The notes under the pieces were generated by a model. The model was not told the origin of the DNA. It worked only from the letters and a program-made list of their open reading frames with translations, and searched no databases. A stretch of DNA of 64,000 nt. Origin: an uncultured Acidobacteriota bacterium (GTDB taxonomy: Bacteria > Acidobacteriota > Thermoanaerobaculia > Multivoradales > UBA5704). Position 1 is the stretch's first letter, and the number at the start of each line of letters is the position of its first letter. Positions 17,017 to 27,241 of the stretch are shown here, one piece after another. The position numbers were made by a program, and so were the translations under genes. The stretch is taken from the NCBI GenBank assembly GCA_963700145.1, contig OY969474.1, positions 3,200,001-3,264,000 on the forward strand. Direction: 5' to 3'.

Positions 17017-17829
17017 TCACGCGCCCTTCCAGGCCTCGCCAGGGAGACGCGGCGTGATCTCGTCGAAAACGAGTCGCGCCGCGCGCTCCAGATCCCACTC
17101 GACGCCCGGCGCCAGCAGCGGCTGAAGATCGGCGGTAAACACGCGATCCTCGAGCTTGCCCATCAGATTTGCCTCGAGCTCGGCCCGAGAGACGCGAAGT
17201 CCGTCTGACCGCAGGTACTCGCGGAAGCAGGCGACAACGCGATCGATGTCGATCGCGGCGTGGCTTGCCGCCCACCAGAGGTCGAAGAGGTCCCTGCCCT
17301 TCCTGCGCTGGTAGAGCGCGCGGAGCTTGGTGCCGAGCAGCTCGTCGAGGGCGTAGGTCGAGATCGAGGCAGCTCCCGAGAACCAGCGGGAGCGTACGGC
17401 GTACGGTCGGCTCTCGAGCCCGAGGACGCTGAAGTGCTCGCGTGAGTTGATCTCGACCTTGAGACGAAGCGGGAGAGGCTCGGCGTCTTCCGAGGCGAAT
17501 CGATAAAGGAGGGTGACCCGGCCCTCCGTGAGCGTTCGCTTCGGCGGGCCGAGCCAGGGGTCGAGCCGCGAGCGCAGGCGATCGAGCGTCGCTCCGATCG
17601 GTTCGGCTCGCGTCTGGACGAGATCGATGTCCTCCGAGTACCGGGGAGCCGGCGTCAGGTGCAGCTTGAAGAGCGCGGTCCCTCCCCGGAAGGCGAGGGC
17701 TTCCGCGAGGTCCGGTTCGCCGAAGATCTCGACCAGGACCCGGCTGAGGACGAGATCCTGCTCAACCTGAGAGCTCGGCACCCAGGCGACGTGCTGCCGC
17801 CACTCGGCAATGTAGTCCGCCGGGATCAC
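17017..17829 (-). CDS. AbiEii nucleotidyltransferase toxin
   Basis: QVEQDL, FRGGTALFK, RYSEDIDL, TKLRALYQRRKGRDLFD. Confidence 0.92.
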   Translation of the reverse strand: MIPADYIAEWRQHVAWVPSSQVEQDLVLSRVLVEIFGEPDLAEALAFRGGTALFKLHLTPAPRYSEDIDLVQTRAEPIGATLDRLRSRLDPWLGPPKRTLTEGRVTLLYRFASEDAEPLPLRLKVEINSREHFSVLGLESRPYAVRSRWFSGAASISTYALDELLGTKLRALYQRRKGRDLFDLWWAASHAAIDIDRVVACFREYLRSDGLRVSRAELEANLMGKLEDRVFTADLQPLLAPGVEWDLERAARLVFDEITPRLPGEAWKGA

Positions 17830-18629
17830 AGGTCGGGCTCCACGTCCGCGTTGACGCGGAGCTTCCAGCGCTCGTCGCGCGGCGCATTCTTGAGCTCATC
17901 TCCTGGGATGAGCGAGGCCGTCTCGGTCGCATGCCGGGCGACGAACGCCGCCAGCGGCTCGCTGCGCGACGACTGCCCGACCCGATCGAGGAGGTAGCCG
18001 AGGCGCTGTGCCCAAGGAATCGGCGAGAGTGGACCAAGGGCAGCGAGCCGGTCCGCGTCAAGCTTCTCGGCCAACTCCGCCAGGACGGTGGCGACGTTGT
18101 CGAGACCACCGCAGCGCTCCTGGTAGCCGACCAGATCGAAGGCTGTGGCCTCGGGAGAGGAGACACGAAGGAATCCCCGCGGGGTGTTCACCTTGTCTGT
18201 CGGCACGGCCTCTGCGTTGCGCCGCGCCACGAAGTCGACCCCCACCCGGCCGCAACGGATCGGCGGCCGGTTCTTCGGCACGACGACCTGGAACTGCTGC
18301 GGCTGCTGATGTGCGGCACCGTGGTAGCGCGCCGCCGTCAGAAGTCCGGCGTAGTGGACGACCGAGAGACGATCCATCAGCTGAGGGACGAACTGCTCGG
18401 GGGGCAGGCAGCCGAGCGACTGGTATTCAGGGGGAACGAAGAGATGGAAGCCCCGGTACGGAGTGGCGATCTCCCCTCTCGCCTTCAGCCGGCGGAGAGC
18501 GGCACGCGCCGCAGTGCCCGCGACCCCGAGCTCTCGGACGACCTCGTCTGTCGAGAAGAGGTATCGCCCGCGAGCGGCCCACTCCCGAACCAGATTACGT
18601 GCCGCGAGGCGGCCAGTCTCCGGATTCAC
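17826..18629 (-). CDS. AbiEi family antitoxin
   Basis: VPPEY..LGCLPPEQF, YAGLLTAARYHGAAHQQPQ, VSSPEATAFDLV; upstream IR GTAACGT-AAA-ACGTTAC (18639-18655). Confidence 0.9.
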   Translation of the reverse strand: MNPETGRLAARNLVREWAARGRYLFSTDEVVRELGVAGTAARAALRRLKARGEIATPYRGFHLFVPPEYQSLGCLPPEQFVPQLMDRLSVVHYAGLLTAARYHGAAHQQPQQFQVVVPKNRPPIRCGRVGVDFVARRNAEAVPTDKVNTPRGFLRVSSPEATAFDLVGYQERCGGLDNVATVLAELAEKLDADRLAALGPLSPIPWAQRLGYLLDRVGQSSRSEPLAAFVARHATETASLIPGDELKNAPRDERWKLRVNADVEPDL

Positions 18630-18687
18630 GCGACGAAGGTAACGTAAAACGTTACATTTGTCGAGTGAATCCGGAGCTTACGCGCAC

Positions 18688-19053
18688 TCAGCGCCCTAGC
18701 ACCACGTCGATCCCCGCGAACAACAGCTCCAGTTGGCGGGTGCCTACCTTGCCTGCTTGTTCGGTCAACTGCCGTGCACCACGACCACCGGCCGGCGGTA
18801 TCCGGGGCCCGACCCGAGCGGTTCGCCGAGGTCGGCCCACCAGACCTAGCCCTGGCCGATCACCACTCGCTGCGCTCGAGCACACTCCGCGCGGCCCGCC
18901 GCGTGAACTCGTCGACCTCGGCTCCGGCCTCCTCGACCGTGCGATCCATCGCTTCGGTGATGCGGTCAGGCGCGTGCCGTGCCACGAACTCCGTCAACGC
19001 GCGGCTGTAGAGCCGGCTGCGCGAGGTCTTCAGCTCCGCGGCCAGCCGCTGCC
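18688..19053 (-). pseudogene. Degraded mazEF-type TA pair
   Basis: Antitoxin remnant RLAAELKTSRSRLYSRALTEFVARH...SEW*, then VIGQG*VWWADLGEPLGSGPGYRRPVVVV with an internal stop and deletion, ending LFAGIDVVLGR. Confidence 0.75.
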
Positions 19054-19140
19054 AGACGGACTTCGCGCGCCGTCGCCATATACTCCGCCGCTGCGCGACA
19101 TGACACCGCTCCTGTCGACCACCAGCGAAAGGGGATTGAG

Positions 19141-20196
19141 ATGAGCCATCGGTTCAGGGCCTTCGCGTCGTTGTGCGTCGCGCTCGCAGTTGGGTCGATC
19201 ACCGGCTGTAACGGGAACAACCCGCCCGCCAGCGGGCCATTGCCGACGCCGGTGTTCACCCTGCTGGAGATTCCCGACCCGAACGGGGCCCCCGTTTGGC
19301 AGCCGATTCCGATCCCTCCGGCGCCGACAGTGCTGCCCACACGGGGACGCGGCGTGCGCGTGTCTTTCTCCGCGCCCGTCGGCAGCTCCTTCAGCGTGTC
19401 GCTTCGGCCCCTCGGCGGCACCCTGACGCCGGTGCCTGAGAACCAGGGAGCTCCAGCGCCGCCGGAAGCCGGTTACTTCCAGGTCTTGAACGTGAATACC
19501 AGCGCCAATCCGCCGGTCTACCGCATGTACGTGCGCGCGCCGATGTCGCTGTCGGACCCGGCGAACTACGACGTGGAGATCGTCAACCGCAGCCTGCGCA
19601 CCGACGTGACCGACAGCAGCCCCCTGGTCGTTGGTCTGCGCCAGCGCCCCGTCTTCACGGTGACCGTCATGGTGCAGGGCGATGGCCACGTGACGAGCAC
19701 GCCCCCCGGCATTCAGTGCGGCCGCTCGCCGGGCGGCTCGACATTGACACCGTGCAGCTACACCTTCGGGCCTGGCCCGGTGAGCCTCGCGCCCAACTCG
19801 AACGATCCCAATACGACGAAGTTCATCGGCTGGAGCGGTAACTGCGCGCCCAACGTTCAGGTGTGCACGTTCGCGCTCGCCGGTCTGTCGGCGATCAGCG
19901 CGACGGCGACCTTCGGCCCGCGCGCGACCAACGTGCCGGTATCCGCTTGTCCCGCCGCGGCGGCGATACCGGGACTCAGGTGGACCGACGTACCGCAATG
20001 CGACATCACCCATACGGGCATCAACCTCAGATGCGACGCGCAGGGCTTTTTTTGCTGTGAACCGGCGCCTATGAACGCCAACGCGCCACGCTGTGGTGGT
20101 CAGGGGCAGCTCGAGACCAGCCCAAATTGCCAACATCTCGCACCGCGGGGCCTGCTACGCCCCGGCGGATGCTACGAGGTCGACAGCGGGCCGTAG
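19141..20196 (+). CDS. Lipoprotein with InlB B-repeat-like domain and Cys-rich C-terminus
   Basis: Lipobox ITGC; GDGHVTSTPPGIQCG...FIGWSGNC. Confidence 0.75.
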   Translation: MSHRFRAFASLCVALAVGSITGCNGNNPPASGPLPTPVFTLLEIPDPNGAPVWQPIPIPPAPTVLPTRGRGVRVSFSAPVGSSFSVSLRPLGGTLTPVPENQGAPAPPEAGYFQVLNVNTSANPPVYRMYVRAPMSLSDPANYDVEIVNRSLRTDVTDSSPLVVGLRQRPVFTVTVMVQGDGHVTSTPPGIQCGRSPGGSTLTPCSYTFGPGPVSLAPNSNDPNTTKFIGWSGNCAPNVQVCTFALAGLSAISATATFGPRATNVPVSACPAAAAIPGLRWTDVPQCDITHTGINLRCDAQGFFCCEPAPMNANAPRCGGQGQLETSPNCQHLAPRGLLRPGGCYEVDSGP

Positions 20197-20202
20197 CTGG
20201 GG

Positions 20203-22137
20203 CTACTTCCCGGCGATCACGGGCAGCTCGATCGCGCTCGCGCTGCCCGGCGCATGCCAGATTCGCTGGGTCGCCTTCACGTAGCTTTCGGGCTTGGCGT
20301 ACATGATGTTCGGCACGAAGGTCTGCGGATTGCGGTCGTAGAGCGGGAACCAGCTCGACTGGATCTGCACCATGACGCGGTGCCCGGGCAGGAAGGTATG
20401 GCTCGCGTGCGGCAGCCGGATGCGGTACGGCAGGGCCTCGTTCGCCGCCAGGGGCTCGGGCTTGGCGGGATCGACGCGGAAACGGCCGCGGAAGATGTCG
20501 GCCGAGAGCATCTGCTGATAGCCGCCCAGGCCGGGCTGCTCGGGCACCTCGTCCGGCCACACGTCGACGATCTTCACGACCCAGTCCGAATCGCTGCCGC
20601 TGGTGGAGGCGTAGAGGTGCGCGACGGGCTCGCCGGCGATGCGCAGCGGCTCCTTGAGGACGTCGGTCTGATACACCAGCACGTCGGTGCGCGAGGCGGC
20701 GTTGCGCTGGTCGTCGAGCAGCCATTCGCCCCAACCGGAGCCCTCTGCGCCGGTGGGGAGCGTCGGGCGCGTCCGGTACGGCACCGGCTTGGCGGGATCG
20801 GAGACGTACTCGTCATAGCGCTCGCCCGCCGCGGCCGGAGGCTCGAAGCCGAGCCGGCCGCCGGGCAGCAGGAACAACGACCGGGACCGCTCCGCGCAGC
20901 CTTCGCCGCAGGAGCGCGGCCAGTGGTCGTACCGCCGCCACTCGTCGGCGCCCGTCTCGTAGACCAGCACCCGGGGCGTGTCGGGCTTCGGCGCGTCCTT
21001 GAGGTGGTGGTCGAGGAACGGCTGCATGACCGTGCGGCGAAACCGTCCGGCGGTATCGCCCTCGAACTGGATGGCGCCGATGCCGCGGCCCGCCCGCCGG
21101 CCCTGGCCGTGGTTCCACGGCCCGAGCACCAGGTGCACGAGCTCGCCGCCCGGGTCCTTGGGCGCCAGCGCCCGGTACAGCGCCGGGCCGCCGTAGATGT
21201 CTTCCTGGTCGAAGAGCCCGCCGACGATCATCAGCGGCACCGTCAGCGGCTCCTTGGCGAGCAGCTTGTCGACGGCCTGGTGCCGCCACCACTCGTCGTA
21301 GCTGGTGTGCGCGGCGAGGGCGCGCCAGAAGCCGAGCTGCTCGAGGCCGCGCGAGGCGGCGAGGGCGCCGGCCGAGCCGGCCCGCAGGAACGTGTCGTAG
21401 GCGTCGTACTCGCCCGTCCACCACTCGTGGTCGCCTTTGCGCGCCGCCTGCTGGTCGTAGATGAACTCGAGCGCGACGGCCTGCCGGAAGGCGCCGTTGT
21501 GGAACCAGTCGTCCCCCATCCACCCGTCGACCATCGGCGCGAACGCTACCGCGGCCTTGAGGGCCGGATGCGGGCCCACCGTCGACATGACGGTGGTGTA
21601 GCCCTCGTAGGAGCCGCCGATCGTTGCGACGCGCCCGTTGCTCTCCGGCACGTTCTTCACCAGCCAGTCGATCGTGTCGTAGCAGTCGGTCGCGTGGTCC
21701 ACTGCCGTCGGGTTCAAGGGGCCGCGCAGCGGGCGGGTCAGCACGTAGTCGCCCTCGGACCCGTGCTTACCGCGCACGTCCTGGTAGACGACGATGTAGC
21801 CGGCCGCCACCGACGTGTCGTTCATGTGCGGCACGGCCGCCGCGAGGCGCGGGCTGTTGAAGCGAGAGACGCGCCCCTCCGCGCCGTACGGCGTACGAGT
21901 CAGCAGCAGCGGTGCGTTGGCGGCGCCTTTGGGGACCAGGATGAGGGTCTTCAGCTTGACGCCGTCGCGCATCGCGATCATGACTTCGCGCTTCTCGAAA
22001 TCGAACGCTTCGGTGCGGGGCGTGAAGGTCTCGGGCGTCTCGCTCGGCAGCGAGCGCACGCGCTCGTCGGCGGCGGCGTACGCGGCAACGCCGACAACCG
22101 CGACCGCGACGATGCAGGCGCCGCGCAGTGGGTTCAC
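20203..22137 (-). CDS. CocE/NonD family hydrolase (alpha-amino acid ester hydrolase-like)
   Basis: MRDGVKL, RTPY, QDVRGKHGSEG, GGSYEG nucleophile motif, signal peptide. Confidence 0.93.
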   Translation of the reverse strand: MNPLRGACIVAVAVVGVAAYAAADERVRSLPSETPETFTPRTEAFDFEKREVMIAMRDGVKLKTLILVPKGAANAPLLLTRTPYGAEGRVSRFNSPRLAAAVPHMNDTSVAAGYIVVYQDVRGKHGSEGDYVLTRPLRGPLNPTAVDHATDCYDTIDWLVKNVPESNGRVATIGGSYEGYTTVMSTVGPHPALKAAVAFAPMVDGWMGDDWFHNGAFRQAVALEFIYDQQAARKGDHEWWTGEYDAYDTFLRAGSAGALAASRGLEQLGFWRALAAHTSYDEWWRHQAVDKLLAKEPLTVPLMIVGGLFDQEDIYGGPALYRALAPKDPGGELVHLVLGPWNHGQGRRAGRGIGAIQFEGDTAGRFRRTVMQPFLDHHLKDAPKPDTPRVLVYETGADEWRRYDHWPRSCGEGCAERSRSLFLLPGGRLGFEPPAAAGERYDEYVSDPAKPVPYRTRPTLPTGAEGSGWGEWLLDDQRNAASRTDVLVYQTDVLKEPLRIAGEPVAHLYASTSGSDSDWVVKIVDVWPDEVPEQPGLGGYQQMLSADIFRGRFRVDPAKPEPLAANEALPYRIRLPHASHTFLPGHRVMVQIQSSWFPLYDRNPQTFVPNIMYAKPESYVKATQRIWHAPGSASAIELPVIAGK

Positions 22138-22496
22138 AGGCGGCGCCAGAAGAAGTACGAGAGCCCCCAGAGCACGCCGGCGCCCGCCGCCCAGCCCCAC
22201 GCCTCCGGGCCGTCGCCCACCGCGAAGTGGGCGATGAGCGCCGAGGCGAGGGTGATGGCGAAGCCGGCGTAGGCCCACTCCTTGAGCCGCGCCGGCACCG
22301 GCGCAAGCAGCAGCACCACGCCGAGGAGCTTGGCCAACGCGAGCTCCACCCGGAAGTAGCCGGGGAAGCCGAGGTGGGTGAACGCCTCCGCCACCACCGG
22401 CAAGGTCAGTTGCGCGTAGGCGGTGAAGCCGATCTGCAGGCAGAAGAGCGCGGTGGCGATCCAGTAGACGATGGTCTTGGCTTTGGGGGTGGCCAT
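22134..22496 (-). CDS. DoxX family membrane protein
   Basis: YWIATAL...HLGFPGYF...AKLLG...LKEWAYAGF. Confidence 0.88.
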   Translation of the reverse strand: MATPKAKTIVYWIATALFCLQIGFTAYAQLTLPVVAEAFTHLGFPGYFRVELALAKLLGVVLLLAPVPARLKEWAYAGFAITLASALIAHFAVGDGPEAWGWAAGAGVLWGLSYFFWRRL

Positions 22497-22540
22497 ATTC
22501 GTCAATCCTATGACGGGCCGCGATGGGAGAATGTCGCCCG

Positions 22541-25183
22541 ATGCGAACCGCGGCCGCGGCACTCCTCCTCGGTCTGCTCTGCCTACTGGTCTACAACGCG
22601 AACCTGCGGTGGATCGGGGCCGGAGACACGTTCCCCGCCCGCTACCTGCCGCTCGGCATCTGGCGCCACGGGACGCTCGAGCTCGACCCGGTCGCACGGC
22701 TCGTCGCCCACGGTCACCCCTCGGCGGAGACGTGGAGCGAGCCGCCCGGCCCCGGCAATCCCGGCACGTTCTTCGAGCCCTGGGCCTACTGGATGATCGA
22801 GACGCGCCGCGAGAATCTCGCCTCGATGTATCCGATCGTGACGCCGGTCCTGGTGGCGCCGCTCTACCTCCCGGCCGTGGCCTATCTCCGTGCGCGGGGC
22901 TGGCAGCCGTGGCAGGTCGACTGGGTCGCGACCATCATGGAGAAGCTCTCGGCGTCGCTGCTGGCCGCGCTCACGGTGGTGATCGTGTATCGGTTGCTGC
23001 AGCGCGAGGCCGGACGATGGGCCTTGCCGCTCGCCGTGGCGTTCGCCTTCGGCACCAACACCTGGATGATCTCGAGCCAGGCCCTCTGGCAGCACGGAAC
23101 GGGCGAGCTCCTGGTCGCGCTCGCGCTGCTGCTGGCGACGTCGACGCTGACGCCGGCGCGCTGCGCGGCGCTCGGCGCCGTCTGCGTCGCGATGGCGGCG
23201 AACCGTCCTCCCGACGCGCTGATCGCCGCGGCCATCGCGCTCTACGCCGCGTGGGCCGTGCGGCGGACGGCGGCGTGGCTGGCCGCCGGGGCTCTCGTGC
23301 CGCTCGCGCTGGTGGTCGCCTACAACCTGCAGGTGACGGGGAGTGTCTTCGGCGGGTACGGCACCGTCGAGGCGCCCGGCTTCCTCGAGCATCCGCTGTG
23401 GGCCGGGCTCGCCGGGCTGCTGGCCAGTCCGATGCGCGGTCTGTTCGCCTTCTCGCCGTTCCTCCTGTTCGTGCCGCTGGGGCTCGTCCGGCGCCTCCGC
23501 ACGCCGGGTACGCGGCTGCTCGCGGCGCTGTTGGCGGCGGCCGTCGTCGGGCAGCTCGTGCTCTACGCCAAGGCGGACTGGCGGGCGGGGTTCTCCTGGG
23601 GGCCGCGCTGGCTGACCGACATCTTGCCTATCCTGATGTGGATGCTCGCGCCCGCGCCGCTCCTCCTGCGCACCCCGGCGCGCATCGCGCTGGTGGCGAC
23701 GATGGCGGCCTCCATCGCGGTGCAGACGATCGGCGCCTTCTGGTACACGGGGGCGAGCGACCAGCCTCTCTACGCCGGCGCCGACGGCTGGATGCGGAGA
23801 GCCTGGCAGGTCGCCAACGCGCCGGTGGCGGCCGAGCTGCGCCACCCGCGCCCGCGCGGCGACCTCGCGTGCTCCGCTCGCGGCCATCTCGACTTCGTCG
23901 GCGCCGCGCCGGCGTCCGAGCCGGGAGGACGCCCGCTGGTGGTCGCTCCCGGCACGAGCTTGCGGGGCTGGGCCCTCGCCTGCGGGAAAACGCCCGCCTA
24001 CGTGCTCCTGCTCGCCGACGGCCTGATCATCGGACAGACGAGCCGATTCGCGCCGGCACGCCCCGACGTCGCCGCGGCGATGCAGACCACCGCGCGCTCG
24101 ACGTGGCGCATCGCAGCGGACACGCGCGGCCTCCCGCCCGGCGAGCACGTGGTGCAGGTCGCCGTCCGCGCCGGAAAGGACAGCGACATCCGCATCGCGA
24201 GCGAGAGCCGCGTGCTGATCGCGCCGCCCCTGGCGGCGCTCGCCCACCGTGCCGCCGCGCTGCTGCGCGAGCACCAGAGCCCGGCAGGCTACTGGCTGAC
24301 GACGCACACCATCGAGCCCCGCTTCGCGAGCCCGCTGCAGGAGATGAACACGTACCTGACCGCGACGCTGGTCGACCTGCTGGCGCCGGTGGCCCCGCGC
24401 CACGGCCTCGAGGACGTGCTGGACAAGGCTCGCCGCCACCTCACGGCCCAGATCGAGCCCGACGGGCTGGTGCGGTATCACGGGCTCCCTGACGGCCCCG
24501 GGATCGGCACGCTCGGCTGCGCCATCACGCCGGACGCCGACGATTCGGCCCTGACGTGGAGGCTCGCCCCCCCGCCCGCCGGGGATCCCCGGCGCGCGTC
24601 CATGCTGCGTATCTTGGAGAGCTATCGCGACGGGCGCGGCTTCTACCGCACCTGGCTGGCGCCGCAGGGGCGTTACCAGTGCCTCAACCCCGGGCGCGAT
24701 CCCAATCCTCCCGACGTGGCCATCCAGATGCACGTGCTCCTCATGCTCGCGGAGGCGGACCCCGCGGCCGCCCGGCGTCTGTGCGCGGCGCTCGCCGCCG
24801 AGGTCTCCGACGAGAGCCTCTGGGTCTACTACGCGCGGGCCCCCCTCGTGCCGCTGCTGCGCACCGCGGACCTGCGGAGGGTCGGGTGCGGGGTGGAGAT
24901 CGCAAGCGAGCGGCTCGCGGGAGCTCCCGGCCAGGAGCGCTGGATCGAGGCCGCACGGCGCCTGGTGGACGCGCAAGCGAGGACCGCGGCCGCGAGCCCG
25001 GACGATGCGCCCGCCACCCTCGCGCTGCTCGCCGAGCTCGGCCGGGACGACTTCGCGGAGCTGCGCCGCACGCCGCCGCTGCTCTACCACAACGACCTGA
25101 CGGCGACGGTGTCGCGGTACTACTGGTCCGAGGATTTCGGCTACGCCCTGTGGCTGCGTCTCTGGGAAACGACACTCCGATGA
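22541..25183 (+). CDS. Membrane GT-C-like domain + Ig-like domain + prenyltransferase/terpene-cyclase-like domain
   Basis: Multi-TM N-half (SSQALWQHG, SWGPRWLTD); LRGWAL..GEHVVQV; C-terminal TPDADDSAL. Confidence 0.65.
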   Translation: MRTAAAALLLGLLCLLVYNANLRWIGAGDTFPARYLPLGIWRHGTLELDPVARLVAHGHPSAETWSEPPGPGNPGTFFEPWAYWMIETRRENLASMYPIVTPVLVAPLYLPAVAYLRARGWQPWQVDWVATIMEKLSASLLAALTVVIVYRLLQREAGRWALPLAVAFAFGTNTWMISSQALWQHGTGELLVALALLLATSTLTPARCAALGAVCVAMAANRPPDALIAAAIALYAAWAVRRTAAWLAAGALVPLALVVAYNLQVTGSVFGGYGTVEAPGFLEHPLWAGLAGLLASPMRGLFAFSPFLLFVPLGLVRRLRTPGTRLLAALLAAAVVGQLVLYAKADWRAGFSWGPRWLTDILPILMWMLAPAPLLLRTPARIALVATMAASIAVQTIGAFWYTGASDQPLYAGADGWMRRAWQVANAPVAAELRHPRPRGDLACSARGHLDFVGAAPASEPGGRPLVVAPGTSLRGWALACGKTPAYVLLLADGLIIGQTSRFAPARPDVAAAMQTTARSTWRIAADTRGLPPGEHVVQVAVRAGKDSDIRIASESRVLIAPPLAALAHRAAALLREHQSPAGYWLTTHTIEPRFASPLQEMNTYLTATLVDLLAPVAPRHGLEDVLDKARRHLTAQIEPDGLVRYHGLPDGPGIGTLGCAITPDADDSALTWRLAPPPAGDPRRASMLRILESYRDGRGFYRTWLAPQGRYQCLNPGRDPNPPDVAIQMHVLLMLAEADPAAARRLCAALAAEVSDESLWVYYARAPLVPLLRTADLRRVGCGVEIASERLAGAPGQERWIEAARRLVDAQARTAAASPDDAPATLALLAELGRDDFAELRRTPPLLYHNDLTATVSRYYWSEDFGYALWLRLWETTLR

Positions 25184-26079
25184 ACGGGCCGGCGGGGTTT
25201 CGTCAAACGGGGCGTGCGCTCCGGCACGTGGCGGGCGGGCGCTGGCTCGAGGTGCTCCTGCTGCAGGCGTCGCCGCTTCTGGGAGCGGCCTTCGGCGGCG
25301 GCGCGAGCGCCATCGGGCTCGGACGGCTGGCGACCCTGGCCGCCGGCAGCGTGCTGCTCACCGCGCACGTGTTCGTCTTCAACGACTGGGCCGGCCGCCA
25401 CGGCGATCTCAACGACCCTTACCGCGCTCCTCGCGTCTTCGCGCACCACGGCATCGGCAGCGGCACCGTCGCGGCGATCGCCGTCGCGCTGCTCGCCAAC
25501 GCGATGGCGGCGCTCGCCGCGCTCGGCTTCACCGCCGCCGGGCTGGGCGCGGCGATCGCGTGCCTCGGCATCCTCTACTCGGACACCGAAGCCGACGGCA
25601 AGGGAGTGCCCGTGCTCGCCTCGCTCATCCACCTGGTGGGCGGCGCGCTGCACTTCCTGCTCGGCTACACCGTCGCGCGGCCGATCGACCTTTCGGGGCT
25701 CGCCATCTCGCTCTTCTTCGGGCTGGTGTTCGCCGGCGGCCATCTCAACCAGGAGGTGCGGGACCGCGACGCCGACTTGCGCAACGGCATCCGCACGACC
25801 GCCGTCGTCTTCGGACCGCGGCGCGCCTTGCTCGCCAGCCTCGCCGTCTTCTCGGCCGCCCTCGGCGAGCTCGCCCTGCTCGCCGTGCGCGACGTCGTGC
25901 CGCGGCCGGTGCTCTGGGCGGTGGCGCTGCTCTGGCCGGTCCAGGTCGTGTGGACGCTGCGCGCGCTGCGCGGCGAGCCCGGCAGCGAACAGGCCCGCTG
26001 GCTGCAGCGGCGCTACCGGCTCCTCTTTGCCATTCTCGGTGTGGTCATGTTCTCCTCACTGGTCCGGTTCGAGCACTAG
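25180..26079 (+). CDS. UbiA family prenyltransferase
   Basis: FVFNDWAG..GDLND and NQEVRDRDADLRNGIRTTAVVFG Asp-rich motifs; multi-TM. Confidence 0.85.
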   Translation: MNGPAGFRQTGRALRHVAGGRWLEVLLLQASPLLGAAFGGGASAIGLGRLATLAAGSVLLTAHVFVFNDWAGRHGDLNDPYRAPRVFAHHGIGSGTVAAIAVALLANAMAALAALGFTAAGLGAAIACLGILYSDTEADGKGVPVLASLIHLVGGALHFLLGYTVARPIDLSGLAISLFFGLVFAGGHLNQEVRDRDADLRNGIRTTAVVFGPRRALLASLAVFSAALGELALLAVRDVVPRPVLWAVALLWPVQVVWTLRALRGEPGSEQARWLQRRYRLLFAILGVVMFSSLVRFEH

Positions 26080-26649
26080 GTCGAACCGGACCCTCCAGCC
26101 GGGCCTGCCGCGTTCCGCCTCCTCGGGCTGGAGCGGCACGACCAGCGATTCCTTCACCCACGGATCGCGACGCAGGTAGGGATCGCCGGCGAAGTAGAGC
26201 TGGGTGACGAGCCTGCGGTGGCCGGGGCAGGTGACGAGGAAGTGCACGTGCCGCGGCCGCGTGAGAACCCAGAGCGGATAGTGGCCCGGGATTCTGGAGA
26301 CGAAGCGATAGCGACCCTCGCCGTCGGACCGCAGGCGCCCGCGCAGGCGGTACCCTCGCGGATCGCCCGGCCTCGCGAGCCCGAGGAGGTTGGAGTAGAG
26401 CCCGCGGGCATCCGTTTGCCAGACGTCGAGCAACGCCGCCGGCAGCGGTACGCAGGTGCCGGCGGCGGTCACGGTGCCTTCGACGACCAGCCGCTGGCCC
26501 GGCTCGGAGGGATCGCAGAGAAGCTCGCGAAAGGGCGCGCCCCGTCGATAGACGGGACCCTTCACGCTGTCGGCGGTGGGAACGCACGCGACCGCCAGCC
26601 GGCGCGCGAGCGGGAGTAGGCGACTCACCACCGACGCATTCGAGTGCAC
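26056..26649 (-). CDS. Intradiol ring-cleavage dioxygenase family protein
   Basis: GPVYRRGAPFR, DVWQTDARGLY, PGHY...RPRHVHF, TQLYF; start uncertain. Confidence 0.85.
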   Translation of the reverse strand: MHSNASVVSRLLPLARRLAVACVPTADSVKGPVYRRGAPFRELLCDPSEPGQRLVVEGTVTAAGTCVPLPAALLDVWQTDARGLYSNLLGLARPGDPRGYRLRGRLRSDGEGRYRFVSRIPGHYPLWVLTRPRHVHFLVTCPGHRRLVTQLYFAGDPYLRRDPWVKESLVVPLQPEEAERGRPGWRVRFDLVLEPDQ

Positions 26650-26714
26650 GAGGCGTGCCCCGAGGGCGCGGCACACGGCTTGCTCCCTTGCCTCGTGGCG
26701 CGGAGGTGGAGGCG

Positions 26715-27061
26715 ATGCCAGGACAAAGCGGGAAGGCGCGGACGAGGAAGAAGGGGCGACTGGCAGCCCAGCCCGGTCCAGGGGCCCATCGCGCCAGCGG
26801 TGGTCGGCGCGCGTTACCTGGGAAAGCAACGCGCTCGACTTGCGACCAGGGGTCTTCACGCTGGACGACCCGCGGGCGATCGCCCGCTCGCTCAAGCGAT
26901 CGGCCGAGCGCAGCCGGCGCCGCAAGAGCGATCCCTACCGGTCGGCGATGTCGATGCTGACCTTCTATCTCAACCGCGCCGGCAAGAGCCTGCCGGCGCG
27001 CCGGCGCCGCGTGCTGGAGCGGGCCAAGGAAGAGCTGCGCGACCTCTACCACCGGCGCTGA
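26715..27061 (+). CDS. DUF3175 family protein (5' end possibly frameshifted)
   Basis: RWSARVT.ESNALDL..GVF...RSAMSMLTFYLNRAGK; the nearest RBS+ATG (26715) is out of frame. Confidence 0.7.
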
Positions 27062-27100
27062 GCGCGGGCCTCGGCGCACCGCCGCAACGGTGCCAACTCA

Positions 27101-27241
27101 GCATACGGGATTCGCTCCCGAGCGCCCGAGCCGAAGGCGAGGGCGCGACGACCGAAGCCCGAATGCGCTGCTAAACCGAGCGAAGGCGAGGTTTGGTAGC
27201 CCATCCGGTGCTGAGTTCGAACCAAGTCTGGGATTCGAACC
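27101..27241 (-). repeat. Cluster of degenerate tRNA-Glu 3'-end fragments (att scars)
   Basis: GCATACGGGATTCG (27101-27114), TGGTAGCCCATCCGG (27194-27208) and GGGATTCGAACC (27230-27241) versus tRNA TGGTAGCGCATACGGGATTCGAACC. Confidence 0.65.

Noticed and set aside
9376-19053. Integron cassette array
   Set aside because: No intI and no convincing attC (RYYYAAC...GTTRRRY) structures seen; genes lie on both strands
20254-25090. Long antisense and alternate-frame ORFs (e.g. 20254-22272 +, 22583-25090 -) and similar ones throughout
   Set aside because: Shadow ORFs typical of high-GC DNA, overlapping genes with clear family motifs
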